Origin: Escherichia coli
GTDB lineage: Bacteria; Pseudomonadota; Gammaproteobacteria; Enterobacterales; Enterobacteriaceae
Length of the DNA: 64,000 nt
NCBI RefSeq assembly: GCF_044324875.1
Contig: NZ_CP172185.1
Direction: 5' to 3' (one strand)
Below, one piece after another: positions 1 through 9,525 of this stretch (position 1 is the first letter of the stretch; every line of letters starts with the position of its first letter). The notes under the pieces are model-generated. The model had not been told where the DNA came from. It made no database searches and saw nothing but the letters and a program-made list of their open reading frames with translations. Made by a program: the position numbers and the translations under genes.

Positions 1-35
1 CACCAAAAAGCTGGGTATATATACAGATTTGTTGA

Positions 36-752
36 TTATATCAGCGAGGTCAGAGATGCCAACCGGGAAATTTCCAGATGCGGCAGTAAACGGCTATCCC
101 AGGTTTGCATCAGATCGCCATTTTCCGGTCTGATCCAACAGGCCTGCATTCCGCTGCGAATTGCCCCACCCACGTCAGTGGTGAGATCGTCCCCAACATG
201 TAAGATCTGGCCGATCGGCACGTTGAGTTTTTCCGCAGCCAAAAAGTACATATCGCTGAACGGTTTTGAGCGCCCGTGCGGGCCAGCGCGCAGCACAAAC
301 TCAAAATAATCCCCCAAACCAAACAGTTCCGGCTGGGCGTTACCGTTGGTGATAGCCACCAGCGGCCATTTCTTCGCCAGCTGTTTTAAGGTGTCGTGGG
401 TTTGCTGCGGGACATCGATTCGGCTGCGCCATTTGGCAAAGTTGATCATTGCCGCGTGTGCGCCTGCACTGGCTTCTTCGGCACTCAGCCCGGCGTCGAG
501 CATCGCTTGTTCAATCGAACGAAAACGCCAGCGCGTCACGTCGTGATAAATCTCGGGTTCCGCTTCCCGTACCGCCTGGCGCAGGCGTTGCAGATCTTCA
601 TTCTGGAAGCTGCGCAGCGCCGGATGGTAATTTTGCACAAAGGTAAGCGCCTCTCGCTCGGTGCGCAAAATCACCGGACGGTTATCGTAAAGGGTATCAT
701 CCAGGTCAAAGGTGAGCGCCGAGATGCGCCCCAAAGGCCGGTAAAAACGCAT
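36..752 (-). CDS. yigB: HAD-family phosphatase YigB
   Basis: 238-aa ORF with N-terminal HAD motif FDLDDTL; matches remembered YigB; start overlaps xerC stop. Confidence 0.9.
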   Translation of the reverse strand: MRFYRPLGRISALTFDLDDTLYDNRPVILRTEREALTFVQNYHPALRSFQNEDLQRLRQAVREAEPEIYHDVTRWRFRSIEQAMLDAGLSAEEASAGAHAAMINFAKWRSRIDVPQQTHDTLKQLAKKWPLVAITNGNAQPELFGLGDYFEFVLRAGPHGRSKPFSDMYFLAAEKLNVPIGQILHVGDDLTTDVGGAIRSGMQACWIRPENGDLMQTWDSRLLPHLEISRLASLTSLI

Positions 753-1648
753 TATTTCCCCCGTTTGGCGCGTGGATGCGCCGCATCGTACACCGAGGCA
801 AGGTGTTGAAAATCAAGATGAGTATAGATTTGCGTGGTGGAGAGGTTGGCATGACCCAGCAGCTCCTGCACACCACGAAGATCGCCGCTCGACTCCAGCA
901 TATGCGTAGCGAACGAGTGACGTAATTTATGCGGGTGAACGTGATTATTCAGCCCTTGTTTTATGCCCCATTCGGCAAAGCGTTTCTGCACATTACGCGC
1001 GGAGATACGCTTGCCCAGTTTCGACAGAAAAAGCGCGTCGTCTTCGCTACCAAACAGGTCGCGCAAATCAAGCCAGTGCTCAATCCACGCCACAGCGTTG
1101 CGACCAATCGGCAGGCGGCGCTCTTTGCTGCCTTTCCCCATCACCCACACTTCGCCGGATTCCAGGTCGAGGTGTTTGATATCGAGCCCCACCAGTTCGG
1201 AAAGACGCAGACCCGCGCCGTACATCACTTCCAGCATTGCCCGATCGCGCACGGCGAGGGGATCGTTGATATCAATATCCAGCAGCCGATTCATATCATC
1301 GACGTCGATGTTTTTCGGCAGATGACGCGGCGCTTTCGGTGCCGAAACACCTTTCGCCGGGTTGGCTTTGAGTTCGTTCTGGCTGACCAGCCAGTCAAAA
1401 AAGCTACGTAGCGCAGAAAGCCGTAACGCCAGACTTGCAGCTCCCAGCCCTTTACGGCGACTGCGTACAGCGAAATTGCGCACCATCGTCACATCACATT
1501 GCTGCCAGCTTTGCAGGCCGTTTTCACTGGCAAAATTGATGATCGCCTCAAGCTGACGCTGATAGTTAAGCAGGGTTATCGGGCTAAGCTGACGCTCCAC
1601 GCTCAGATAACGTAGGTAGCGTTCTACATCGGTGTGTAAATCGGTCAT
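752..1648 (-). CDS. xerC: Tyrosine site-specific recombinase XerC
   Basis: 298-aa ORF; C-terminal catalytic region RHSFATHML...[15 protein letters not shown] typical of XerC/XerD; conserved dapF-yigA-xerC-yigB operon order. Confidence 0.95.
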
Positions 1649-2352
1649 ACGCGTTCAATCCAACGCTCCAGAAGCTCCGGCAACATCAGCGCAATTTCAT
1701 GAAGTAACTGCGTTCCCTGCCCTTGTTGATAGTGACTGGCATCGCGACTGGTAAACAGCACAACACCCAAATCAGCATCGCTTCCCAGCATCGACATCGC
1801 CACCGATCCCACCGCTTTCGCTTCCGGTAGCACCACCAGAAGCTCCGGTCCGTTAAGCGGCCCCAGATAGTGCTGTTCCTGCCCCAGACGCTGAATACGC
1901 AGCGGTTCGAAAGACTGACGGCTTAATGCCAGATGAGTGTGGTTCGACGGCGCACCTAAGCGCCAGCGATCTGGAAACAGGCGCAAACTCGCCCCTGCCA
2001 GGCCGAGATCGCGCGCCCAGCGGTGAAAGCGCATCAGCATATCATCGAGACTGCTGGCGGCGGTGAGACTACGCTGCAAGTAGAGTAAGCGATAAAACAG
2101 GCCTTCGTTGGCAATAGCCTGTTCCATCAACAGCGCCATGTTCTCTTCCAGAACATGAATATGATTACGTGCGCGGGCCATGTGCCATTCGACCAACGAA
2201 ACGGTGCCGCGTACCGGATGCGGCACACGTATCGCTTCAACTGCGCGCGCATTGCGGATAAAAAACTCAGGATTTTTAATCAGATAATCGACAACCGCCC
2301 GGTCATCAAGCTCCGTGAGTGTTTCCTGCAGTTCTTCCCCTGGTTGCTTCAT
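1645..2352 (-). CDS. yigA: DUF484-family protein YigA
   Basis: 235-aa ORF between dapF and xerC with 4-bp overlaps typical of this operon. Confidence 0.85.
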
Positions 2353-3173
2353 AGATGAATAAATCCGTCGTAGACATGTACCGCCGGGCCAGTCATATAT
2401 AACGGGTGACCCGGACCTTTCCAGGCGATATCAAGACGACCGCCGGGGAGTTCCACGCGTACTTCTTCGGCCAGCAAACCTTGCTGAATCCCTACCGCCA
2501 CCGCCGCACATGCGCCGCTGCCGCAGGCCTGGGTTTCTCCTGCCCCACGCTCATAAACGCGTAAACGAATATGCTCGCGCTTAACCACTTGCATAAAACC
2601 GATATTGGCGCGCTCCGGAAAACGCTCATGGCTTTCCAGAACAGGACCAAGCGTTTCTACCGCCGCGGTATCGACATCATCGACCTGAATCACGCAGTGC
2701 GGATTTCCCATCGACACCACGCCACATAAGATTGTCTGCTCGGCGGCGCGCATAATATAGGTCTTTTCCGCTTTGTTAGCGCGAAACGGCACAGCGGAAG
2801 GTTCGAAGTTGGGCTCGCCCATGTTTACGCGAACCAGATCATCATCGGTGACGGTCAGAACCATCCGCCCGTTGGCGGTGCTGACGCGGATATCGCGCTT
2901 ATTGGTCAGCCCTTTCAGACGCACAAAACGGGCAAAGCAGCGCGCGCCGTTGCCGCACTGCGCCACTTCACTGCCATCGGCATTGAAAATGCGATAGTGA
3001 AAATCCAGTTCAGGATCATACGGTGGCTCAACCACCAGCAGTTGGTCAAACCCTACCCCCAGGTGCCGATCCGCCAGGCGACGAATCAGCTCCGGTGAAA
3101 AAAAGACATTCTGCGTTACCGCGTCGACGACCATAAAATCGTTGCCAAGGCCATGCATTTTCGAGAACTGCAT
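2349..3173 (-). CDS. dapF: Diaminopimelate epimerase
   Basis: ORF translation matches DapF ([17 protein letters not shown]...); 274 aa from the second Met; catalytic Cys motifs GNGARC and ACGSGA present. Confidence 0.95.
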
Positions 3174-3209
3174 CATTTACTCCAATCACGCGGGTACAGA
3201 AACTGACTT

Positions 3210-3413
3210 TTAGTAATTCACCTGGGATGGACCATCGCCAGTGGCGCGGTCGTTTTTATCCGGCACTGTGGATTGCGTTTGCGTCTCTACCGGTTTGGTC
3301 GGCGGTGGTGCGTTTTTATCTGCAGGCGGGAAATAGAGCGGACCTTTCAGACCGCAGCCCGTCAGGCTGAAGAGAGTAAGTAATACAGTGAGTGCCTTAA
3401 ACACGTTTTTCAT
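3210..3413 (-). CDS. yifL: Small lipoprotein YifL (LptM)
   Basis: 67-aa ORF with lipobox LTGC and Pro-rich tail; immediately upstream of dapF as in E. coli. Confidence 0.9.
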   Translation of the reverse strand: MKNVFKALTVLLTLFSLTGCGLKGPLYFPPADKNAPPPTKPVETQTQSTVPDKNDRATGDGPSQVNY

Positions 3414-3490
3414 TATGGATTGCCTGTAAAGTTCATCGCTTTCTGCTTTCTATCATCGCAGGAGAAGGCGTAAAAGCAAGCGTTTAGCGA

Positions 3491-3670
3491 CTCTTTATGA
3501 AGTCTGAAAAGTGAGGAAATGCTGCGAGTATAACGCTTACACGTGGCGATTTATGTTTTGCTGGTAGTTTCGTGATCAACACCTCGTGCCAGGATGGCTT
3601 TATGCACTATCGCAATGTGGTTTGTTTGTTGTCTTGTTCGTTGTTTTTATCGTCGGCATGGGGCTTTTAA
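3491..3670 (+). repeat. Copy 1 of conserved 5' leader module of the islet paralogs (decayed)
   Basis: About 175 bp alignable by eye to 4579-4760 and in part to 7455-7565; contains AGGA RBS and ATG. Confidence 0.7.
3602..3670 (+). pseudogene. Truncated signal-peptide remnant of an islet paralog
   Basis: 22-codon frame MHYRNVVCLLSCSLFLSSAWGF-stop; same signal peptide as the ORFs at 4688 and 7498 but the Cys after AWG is replaced by Phe and followed by TAA. Confidence 0.5.
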
Positions 3671-3761
3671 AAGAGTGGCGCACCATGCAATTTCGTTGTC
3701 TGACCTTAGTCGCCAGTGACATACAGCTTTGCCAACCTGGTGATAAGAGGGAAAAAATCTG

Positions 3762-4316
3762 ATGGGGCTATTTACCCAACTGGAAAAATTTGACCAAAAG
3801 CTTACGCGCGGTTATGCCCGCTGGGGGCGCTGGGTATGGCGGACGTTAATTGTCGTTCCAATACTGGTCGTATTGTGGAATATAGGGCAGGCAGTATGGG
3901 GAGGACCAAGAGGTGGAGTGATTCTGGAAATCCACAGTGAAATTGACCGCCCGATACTGGGATTCAGTGTTAACGGCGTGGCGGGCGCGAATGCTTTTGC
4001 GAATGGTGGCGGTTCAATCACCTGTTGCGGTGATGTCAGTGGGGATACGGCAGAGGTTATCTGGACATTAAGTACTACTCGTACACAGTATAATGCTGGA
4101 ATGCGTCTGGAGAAACGCAATATGACGTTACCTCTCCCAAAAAGAGAATGGGGAGAAAATTATCTGCACGTGCATTTTATGCCTGGCGATAAAGTGTTGC
4201 TGGGGTGGAGTAAAGATTCTTTTTCTCCGTATGAAGATCTTCACAACGGGGGGTACAAGACCCGCGTTCGGCAGGATGTGAAAGATAAACTTTATGGCAC
4301 AGGAAAAATGAATTGA
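3762..4316 (+). CDS. Hypothetical membrane-anchored protein (184 aa)
   Basis: ORF with purine-rich RBS upstream; N-terminal hydrophobic segment TLIVVPILVVLWNIGQAVW; Gly-rich region and CC dipeptide; no recognised family. Confidence 0.55.
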   Translation: MGLFTQLEKFDQKLTRGYARWGRWVWRTLIVVPILVVLWNIGQAVWGGPRGGVILEIHSEIDRPILGFSVNGVAGANAFANGGGSITCCGDVSGDTAEVIWTLSTTRTQYNAGMRLEKRNMTLPLPKREWGENYLHVHFMPGDKVLLGWSKDSFSPYEDLHNGGYKTRVRQDVKDKLYGTGKMN

Positions 4317-4578
4317 TAGATTTCTATAAAAATCACGTTCGGCAGAAAGCGTAATAATGTGGCGAATGTTAGATACCCGTGGTGGAACCTGGGTACAACT
4401 CGTGAAAGACAATAAAGAAGGCAACGGGGGGCGGAATCCCACCTTGCCTCCCTTCCAGGGGTCAATCCGGAATATTTTTATGCTATTAGCCGTACTATGG
4501 GGCAGTTCCGGGATTGTATTTATATCGTGAATGAAAACATCACCTTTATTCCAGCAACTATCAGAAAATAGCGATGAC

Positions 4579-4760
4579 CTTTATGGATTCTGAAAAGTGA
4601 CGATTTGCTGCGAGAGTTACGCTTACTTGTGAGGATTTATGTTCTGCTGGTAGTTTCGTGATCGGCACCTCACGCCAGGATGGCTTTATGCACTTTCGCA
4701 ATGTGGTTTGTTTGTTGTCTTGTTCGTTGTTCTTATCGCCTGCCTGGGGATGTAAGCTTT
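4579..4760 (+). repeat. Copy 2 of conserved 5' leader module
   Basis: Near-identical to 3491-3670; spans upstream leader, RBS and signal-peptide codons of the ORF starting at 4688. Confidence 0.7.
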
Positions 4761-6130
4761 CATCTGTGGATCCCAATGAGTATCAGCAACAGGGAAAAGG
4801 CGTGGTGTACCTGCGCCCTAATCAAAACACCAATCTTTCGCTACCGAACGTGAATTACAAGCGCCTGCGTCGGTTGGCGAATTTGTTAATTGACCCAGCG
4901 ACACTGGAAGATTGGGAGGAAATACCGCCGTTAACCGATCTGTCTACTGATTATGATGTGAGGGGCGCAAATGCCTGGTATCCTCATTACTCCTGGCATA
5001 GCGATGGTCGCTATATTATTTACGCTGGCAAGATAGTGCAAAATCCTGCGGGTGCACCGCCGGTTGACGTCACGTCATTCAAGGCTTGGGGCGATTTTGC
5101 CGCTGATAAAAATAGCCTCTATTTCAGAGGCGAACGCACGGATGACAATGGTGGTGACAAGCCTTTAGATAGCAAAACACTGCATCAGATGAATTTACCG
5201 CCGCCATGGGAACCTGACGTCCTCGGGCTGATATTGCGTGATGCTAACTTCCTGTATATCAACGGGCATCGTATTGCTGAGACCAATAGTTTCCGCGTGC
5301 TGGCGCAAAAGTCCTGGGATAAGCACGGAAAATTTTCCATGAAGTTTAGCTGCATTCGCAAACCATTCGGCCCCTGGGATACGCTGGCTCGTACACAGAC
5401 GAAGATTATGCTCAACGGCGAACAACTGGATGCCGACCCGGATACCTTCACCGTTGTGCGCTGGATACCTGAAGCATTAATAAGCTGGCGAGATAAAAAC
5501 GGCTTTCACCGAAAGGTACTGGATCAATATGCCCTGGACAGCAATGAGGAATATAGCTGCGGTAGTTTCAATGTAAAGGAACACCGCGTCACCTGGCGTA
5601 GTAGCTTCCCGGGTAAGGGAGCAGAATGCCAACAAGAAGAGATTCCCGGCCTCGATCCTGAACAGTTTCACCCAATTAGCGATGCTGTCGCGCAATATCA
5701 GGACAAGCTGTACGTCATCGAAACAACGCCATTTGACGAGCTCAAGCTGAATATTGTTACGCTTGATGACCCGAAACTGATTATTAATAAGCGCTTCAAC
5801 GCCGGGAAGCGTCACGGTTACTTGCTCACAAGAAAGGGAGACGAGTTTGGGGATTCTGGTTTACAGGTGTTTGAATCCGCCGGGCCGCTCATTTTATTTG
5901 ATAACCACATCCCCAGCGAACGGGAAGCGCATCAGGTTAGCAGCAACCCTTATATCCAAAAATGGTTAGCCCGCGACGACAAATATGTTTATCGCTTCGA
6001 TGGCATGCAGCTCTGGCGCTATCACACCGCAGATCCCCGAGCCGTGCGCGTCGTGAACGATCAACTCGATGACAAAATTAACGGTGATGGCGAGTTTATA
6101 CCCACTCCGCGCGATGAGGCTAAAAAATGA
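4688..6130 (+). CDS. Secreted or lipoprotein-like repeat protein, paralog 1 (DKNYY-like repeats)
   Basis: Track ORF 4658-6130 (GTG); the conserved ATG at 4688 with AGGA RBS is preferred; signal peptide MHFRNVVCLLSCSLFLSPAWG-C; repeated units with D-x-x-[ST]-F and D-[KDN]-x-[YL]-[VL]-Y motifs. Confidence 0.75.
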   Translation: MHFRNVVCLLSCSLFLSPAWGCKLSSVDPNEYQQQGKGVVYLRPNQNTNLSLPNVNYKRLRRLANLLIDPATLEDWEEIPPLTDLSTDYDVRGANAWYPHYSWHSDGRYIIYAGKIVQNPAGAPPVDVTSFKAWGDFAADKNSLYFRGERTDDNGGDKPLDSKTLHQMNLPPPWEPDVLGLILRDANFLYINGHRIAETNSFRVLAQKSWDKHGKFSMKFSCIRKPFGPWDTLARTQTKIMLNGEQLDADPDTFTVVRWIPEALISWRDKNGFHRKVLDQYALDSNEEYSCGSFNVKEHRVTWRSSFPGKGAECQQEEIPGLDPEQFHPISDAVAQYQDKLYVIETTPFDELKLNIVTLDDPKLIINKRFNAGKRHGYLLTRKGDEFGDSGLQVFESAGPLILFDNHIPSEREAHQVSSNPYIQKWLARDDKYVYRFDGMQLWRYHTADPRAVRVVNDQLDDKINGDGEFIPTPRDEAKK

Positions 6131-7437
6131 AAGTGATGAAAAAAAGTATCTCACTGGCGCTCATCCTGTTGGGGTACACGGTGGCAATTCCGGCCGTCCA
6201 GGCTGAAGGGTACGAATACTACTCTAACCAGGGAGCCCTGGTTTACGGTTCAAACTTCGGGGGACAAAAGAAAATCATTGCCAAGTTTACGGGAATTAAC
6301 AGACGCGATTTGTACCCTGTGGAAAATATCTCTGGCGAGCAGGAACGATATATTATCGAAGATGAAGTCACCACAATTAAAGAGGAGTACCACTGGATAA
6401 CGGACGGTCACGTCATTCTCTGGCGAGGGAAAATCGTGAGTAATCCTCCCGGTACGCCAATGGTCGATGTTGCCAGCTTTAAGGCTCTGGGCCGCTTCGC
6501 CGTCGATAAATACAGTCTCTATTTTGACGGTCAGCGCACCGAAAGCAATAGCGGTGCTTCGAAGGTGGACCTGGCAACCCTAAAAGCTATCGAAGATAAC
6601 AGCAGCACGCTGGTTGACCGACATAACCTTTATTTATTGGGACGCAGGCAGGCCAGTAGCGACGATTTCAGCGTACTACAAAGTAAATTGTGGGGGGATA
6701 TCGAGCGGTTCCGCCCACGCAATGAAGGGGCTACCTCCCGCGACCTGCTTATTCGTCATCGCCAGGATGTGTTTCTCAATGGTCAGCGCATTGCAGACGT
6801 TGATGCTGACACCTTTCACATCATTCGATGGATCCCCAATTCATTATTGGTCTACCGCGACAAACATGGTGAGCACCGTTACGCCTATGGCAACCCGGCC
6901 GGAAAAATGGCAACGACCGATGATGCGAATTCGTTTGAAATCGGTGAAAAAACCGTCCGCTGGCGCAGGCAACTCGCGCGGGATGACGCCTGGCCCACGC
7001 AACTCTCGTGGGATGTCATATGGGGGGCCTGGCAGGATATTCCCAATGTTGATCCGGAACAGTTCCATCTGATCACTGACCGCATCGCGCAGTATCAGGA
7101 TCGTCTGTATATCATCAAACTGTCGCCAGTTGGCGAAGACCAGCTTAACGTTATCACCCTGGATACCCCTGATTTAGTGGTTGATCACGTCTTCAATGGT
7201 GGGAAAAAGCACATTTATATTATCAAGGACAGAGCGTGGGTGCAGGATGTTCATGTGATTGCTACCCACGGTCCACTCACCATGGCTGAGAGTTTCGCCT
7301 GGGACGATCGCTATGTATATGCCTGGCGGGGCCAGCGACCTTCCAGAACTGAATCGCCATGTCCGGAGCAAACCGTTGAGCAGGATGATGGCATAGTCAT
7401 TAAGACCGAAGCATCAGAGTGCCACCGCACGCCGTAA
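6127..7437 (+). CDS. Secreted repeat protein, paralog 2 (DKNYY-like repeats)
   Basis: 436-aa ORF; start ATG overlaps the stop of the upstream paralog (ATGA); classical Sec signal MKVMKKSISLALILLGYTVAIPAVQA; repeat motifs VDVASF, DKYSLYF, DDRYVY; Cys-containing C-terminal tail. Confidence 0.75.
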   Translation: MKVMKKSISLALILLGYTVAIPAVQAEGYEYYSNQGALVYGSNFGGQKKIIAKFTGINRRDLYPVENISGEQERYIIEDEVTTIKEEYHWITDGHVILWRGKIVSNPPGTPMVDVASFKALGRFAVDKYSLYFDGQRTESNSGASKVDLATLKAIEDNSSTLVDRHNLYLLGRRQASSDDFSVLQSKLWGDIERFRPRNEGATSRDLLIRHRQDVFLNGQRIADVDADTFHIIRWIPNSLLVYRDKHGEHRYAYGNPAGKMATTDDANSFEIGEKTVRWRRQLARDDAWPTQLSWDVIWGAWQDIPNVDPEQFHLITDRIAQYQDRLYIIKLSPVGEDQLNVITLDTPDLVVDHVFNGGKKHIYIIKDRAWVQDVHVIATHGPLTMAESFAWDDRYVYAWRGQRPSRTESPCPEQTVEQDDGIVIKTEASECHRTP

Positions 7438-7454
7438 AATGGGTCATTATTTTT

Positions 7455-7565
7455 AACGGGTAGTTTCATGATCAACACCTCGCGCCAGGATGGCTTTATG
7501 CACTATCGCAATGTGGTTTGTTTGTTGTCTTGTTCATTGTTTTTATCGTCGGCATGGGGATGTCG
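7455..7565 (+). repeat. Copy 3 of conserved 5' leader module
   Basis: About 110 bp matching the 3' part of copies 1 and 2 (RBS plus signal-peptide codons). Confidence 0.7.
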
Positions 7566-9525
7566 GCTTTCCGCGCCTGAACATAATATTTACCAGAAAC
7601 AGGGAAAAGGCGTGGTATACCTGCGCCCTTATAAAGAAACAAATCTTTCTCTTCCTGACGTGAATTACAAAAGTTTGCGCCGTTTACCCAATTTATTAAT
7701 AGACCCGACAACACTAGACGAATGGGATAAAGAACCGCCTCTGACTGATTTGACAACCGACTACCTCTATGAGGGCGCACAGGCCTGGTATCCTCATTAT
7801 TCCTGGCATAGCGATGGTCGCAATATCCTCTACGCGGGTGAAGTTGTGCAAAACCCTCCCGGCACACCTCCCGTCGATGTCGCCTCGTTCAAGGCATGGG
7901 GTGATTTTGCCGCAGATAAACACAGTCTCTATTTTGAAGGCAAGCGCACCGATGACAATGGCGGAGAAAATAGTCTAGATATCAAAACGCTGCATCAGGT
8001 GAAATTCCGTTCCCCCTGGAAACCTGACTTACTGGGGCTGATATTACGTGACGCTAATTTCTTGTATATCAATGGGCATCGCCTCGCTGACCCCGAGAGT
8101 TTCCGTGTGCTGGCGCAAAAGTCCTGGGATCGGCGAGGAAAGTTTTCCGCCGAGTTTAACCCCTGCGTTGCCGTACCATTTGGCCCCTGGGATACGTTAG
8201 CCCGTACACGGACCAAAATCATAATCAATGGCGAACAGCTTACAGCCGACCCAGAGACATTTACTGTCGTGCGCTGGATGCCCAGTTCGTTATTAACCTG
8301 GCGTGATAAAAACGGGCTGCAGCGTAAAGTGCTGAATCAGGGAAATCTGGACAAAGATAGGGCAAATAGCTGTGCAACGTTCAATTTACAGGAACACTTT
8401 GTTTCATGGCGCAAAGGGCCAGAATGTCAGCAAGAAGTCCTACCCGGCCTCGATCCAGAACAATTTCACCCTCTTAGTAATACCGTTGCTCAGTATCAGG
8501 ACAAGCTGTACACCATCAAAAAAACGGAATTTGGCGAAAATAGGCTAGATATCGTCACACTGGATAATCCTGGTTTGGTGATAGATAAACGCTTTAACGC
8601 GGGAAGAACTCACGGCTATTTATTGACCAAATTACCAGCTGATGGTGAAGAAGAAGATGGCCTCCAGGTATTCGAGTCTTCCGGGCCGCTTATCCTGATG
8701 GATTATCGTGTTCCTGACGAGCATGAGGCTCACCTTAGCGATAGCCCCCATTACAAGAAATGGTATGCACACGACGATCGTTATGTTTACGCATTCGATG
8801 GCTCACAGCTTTGGCGCTACCCAACTCCCAATACCAAAGCCGTGCGGGTGAAATGGAAAACCAAAGATTCAGGATATGGCTATTGGGCAAACTACCGTAG
8901 TGGTGAGCTTGACGGCAGACTTCTTGAGGATGGTGCGTTTATTCCAACGGGAATCCCCTATAACTCATCCGTTAACATTGCTCAATATTCTGATGGCGAA
9001 GGCTCTTTTCTCGTCGGCGAAACCGATGTTAGCTGGCGTAAGCTTCGCTCTACAGACCAGCAATGGAGTCAATGGGAGAAACTCCCCGATATTGACCCGA
9101 AAGCATTTCATCCCATCACCGATCGTGTCGCGCAGTACAAAAATCATCTGTACATTGCGAAATTGTCTCCTTTTGGTGAAGACACCCTGGAGATAATAAC
9201 GCTCGACTCTTCTGCACCTTTCCTGAAACAACGAATTAACGCCGGGAAAGGCCATGGTTACTTTATGCGCTCTTCCCGTTTACGCGATGATATTCAAATT
9301 TTTGCTATTGATGGACCATTGAAAACCACCGAACGTTTCGCTTATGACAATCGCTATGTTTATACCTGGATCGGTAGCCAACTTTATCGAACCGCATCGC
9401 CCTGTCCGGCCAGGACACGTAATCTGGATCAGAACATGTTTTCATCCAATGATGACATCATCATCCTGAAGACGGAGGAAGAGTGCCACAAAACACCAGA
9501 CATTGAGCAAACTTTGAAGCCCTGA
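7498..9525 (+). CDS. Secreted or lipoprotein-like repeat protein, paralog 3 (long mosaic form)
   Basis: Track ORF 7468-9525; conserved ATG at 7498; N-terminal two thirds closely similar to paralog 1 at DNA level; C-terminal third resembles the C-terminus of paralog 2 including the SPCP...ECH[KR]TP tail. Confidence 0.75.
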   Translation: MHYRNVVCLLSCSLFLSSAWGCRLSAPEHNIYQKQGKGVVYLRPYKETNLSLPDVNYKSLRRLPNLLIDPTTLDEWDKEPPLTDLTTDYLYEGAQAWYPHYSWHSDGRNILYAGEVVQNPPGTPPVDVASFKAWGDFAADKHSLYFEGKRTDDNGGENSLDIKTLHQVKFRSPWKPDLLGLILRDANFLYINGHRLADPESFRVLAQKSWDRRGKFSAEFNPCVAVPFGPWDTLARTRTKIIINGEQLTADPETFTVVRWMPSSLLTWRDKNGLQRKVLNQGNLDKDRANSCATFNLQEHFVSWRKGPECQQEVLPGLDPEQFHPLSNTVAQYQDKLYTIKKTEFGENRLDIVTLDNPGLVIDKRFNAGRTHGYLLTKLPADGEEEDGLQVFESSGPLILMDYRVPDEHEAHLSDSPHYKKWYAHDDRYVYAFDGSQLWRYPTPNTKAVRVKWKTKDSGYGYWANYRSGELDGRLLEDGAFIPTGIPYNSSVNIAQYSDGEGSFLVGETDVSWRKLRSTDQQWSQWEKLPDIDPKAFHPITDRVAQYKNHLYIAKLSPFGEDTLEIITLDSSAPFLKQRINAGKGHGYFMRSSRLRDDIQIFAIDGPLKTTERFAYDNRYVYTWIGSQLYRTASPCPARTRNLDQNMFSSNDDIIILKTEEECHKTPDIEQTLKP

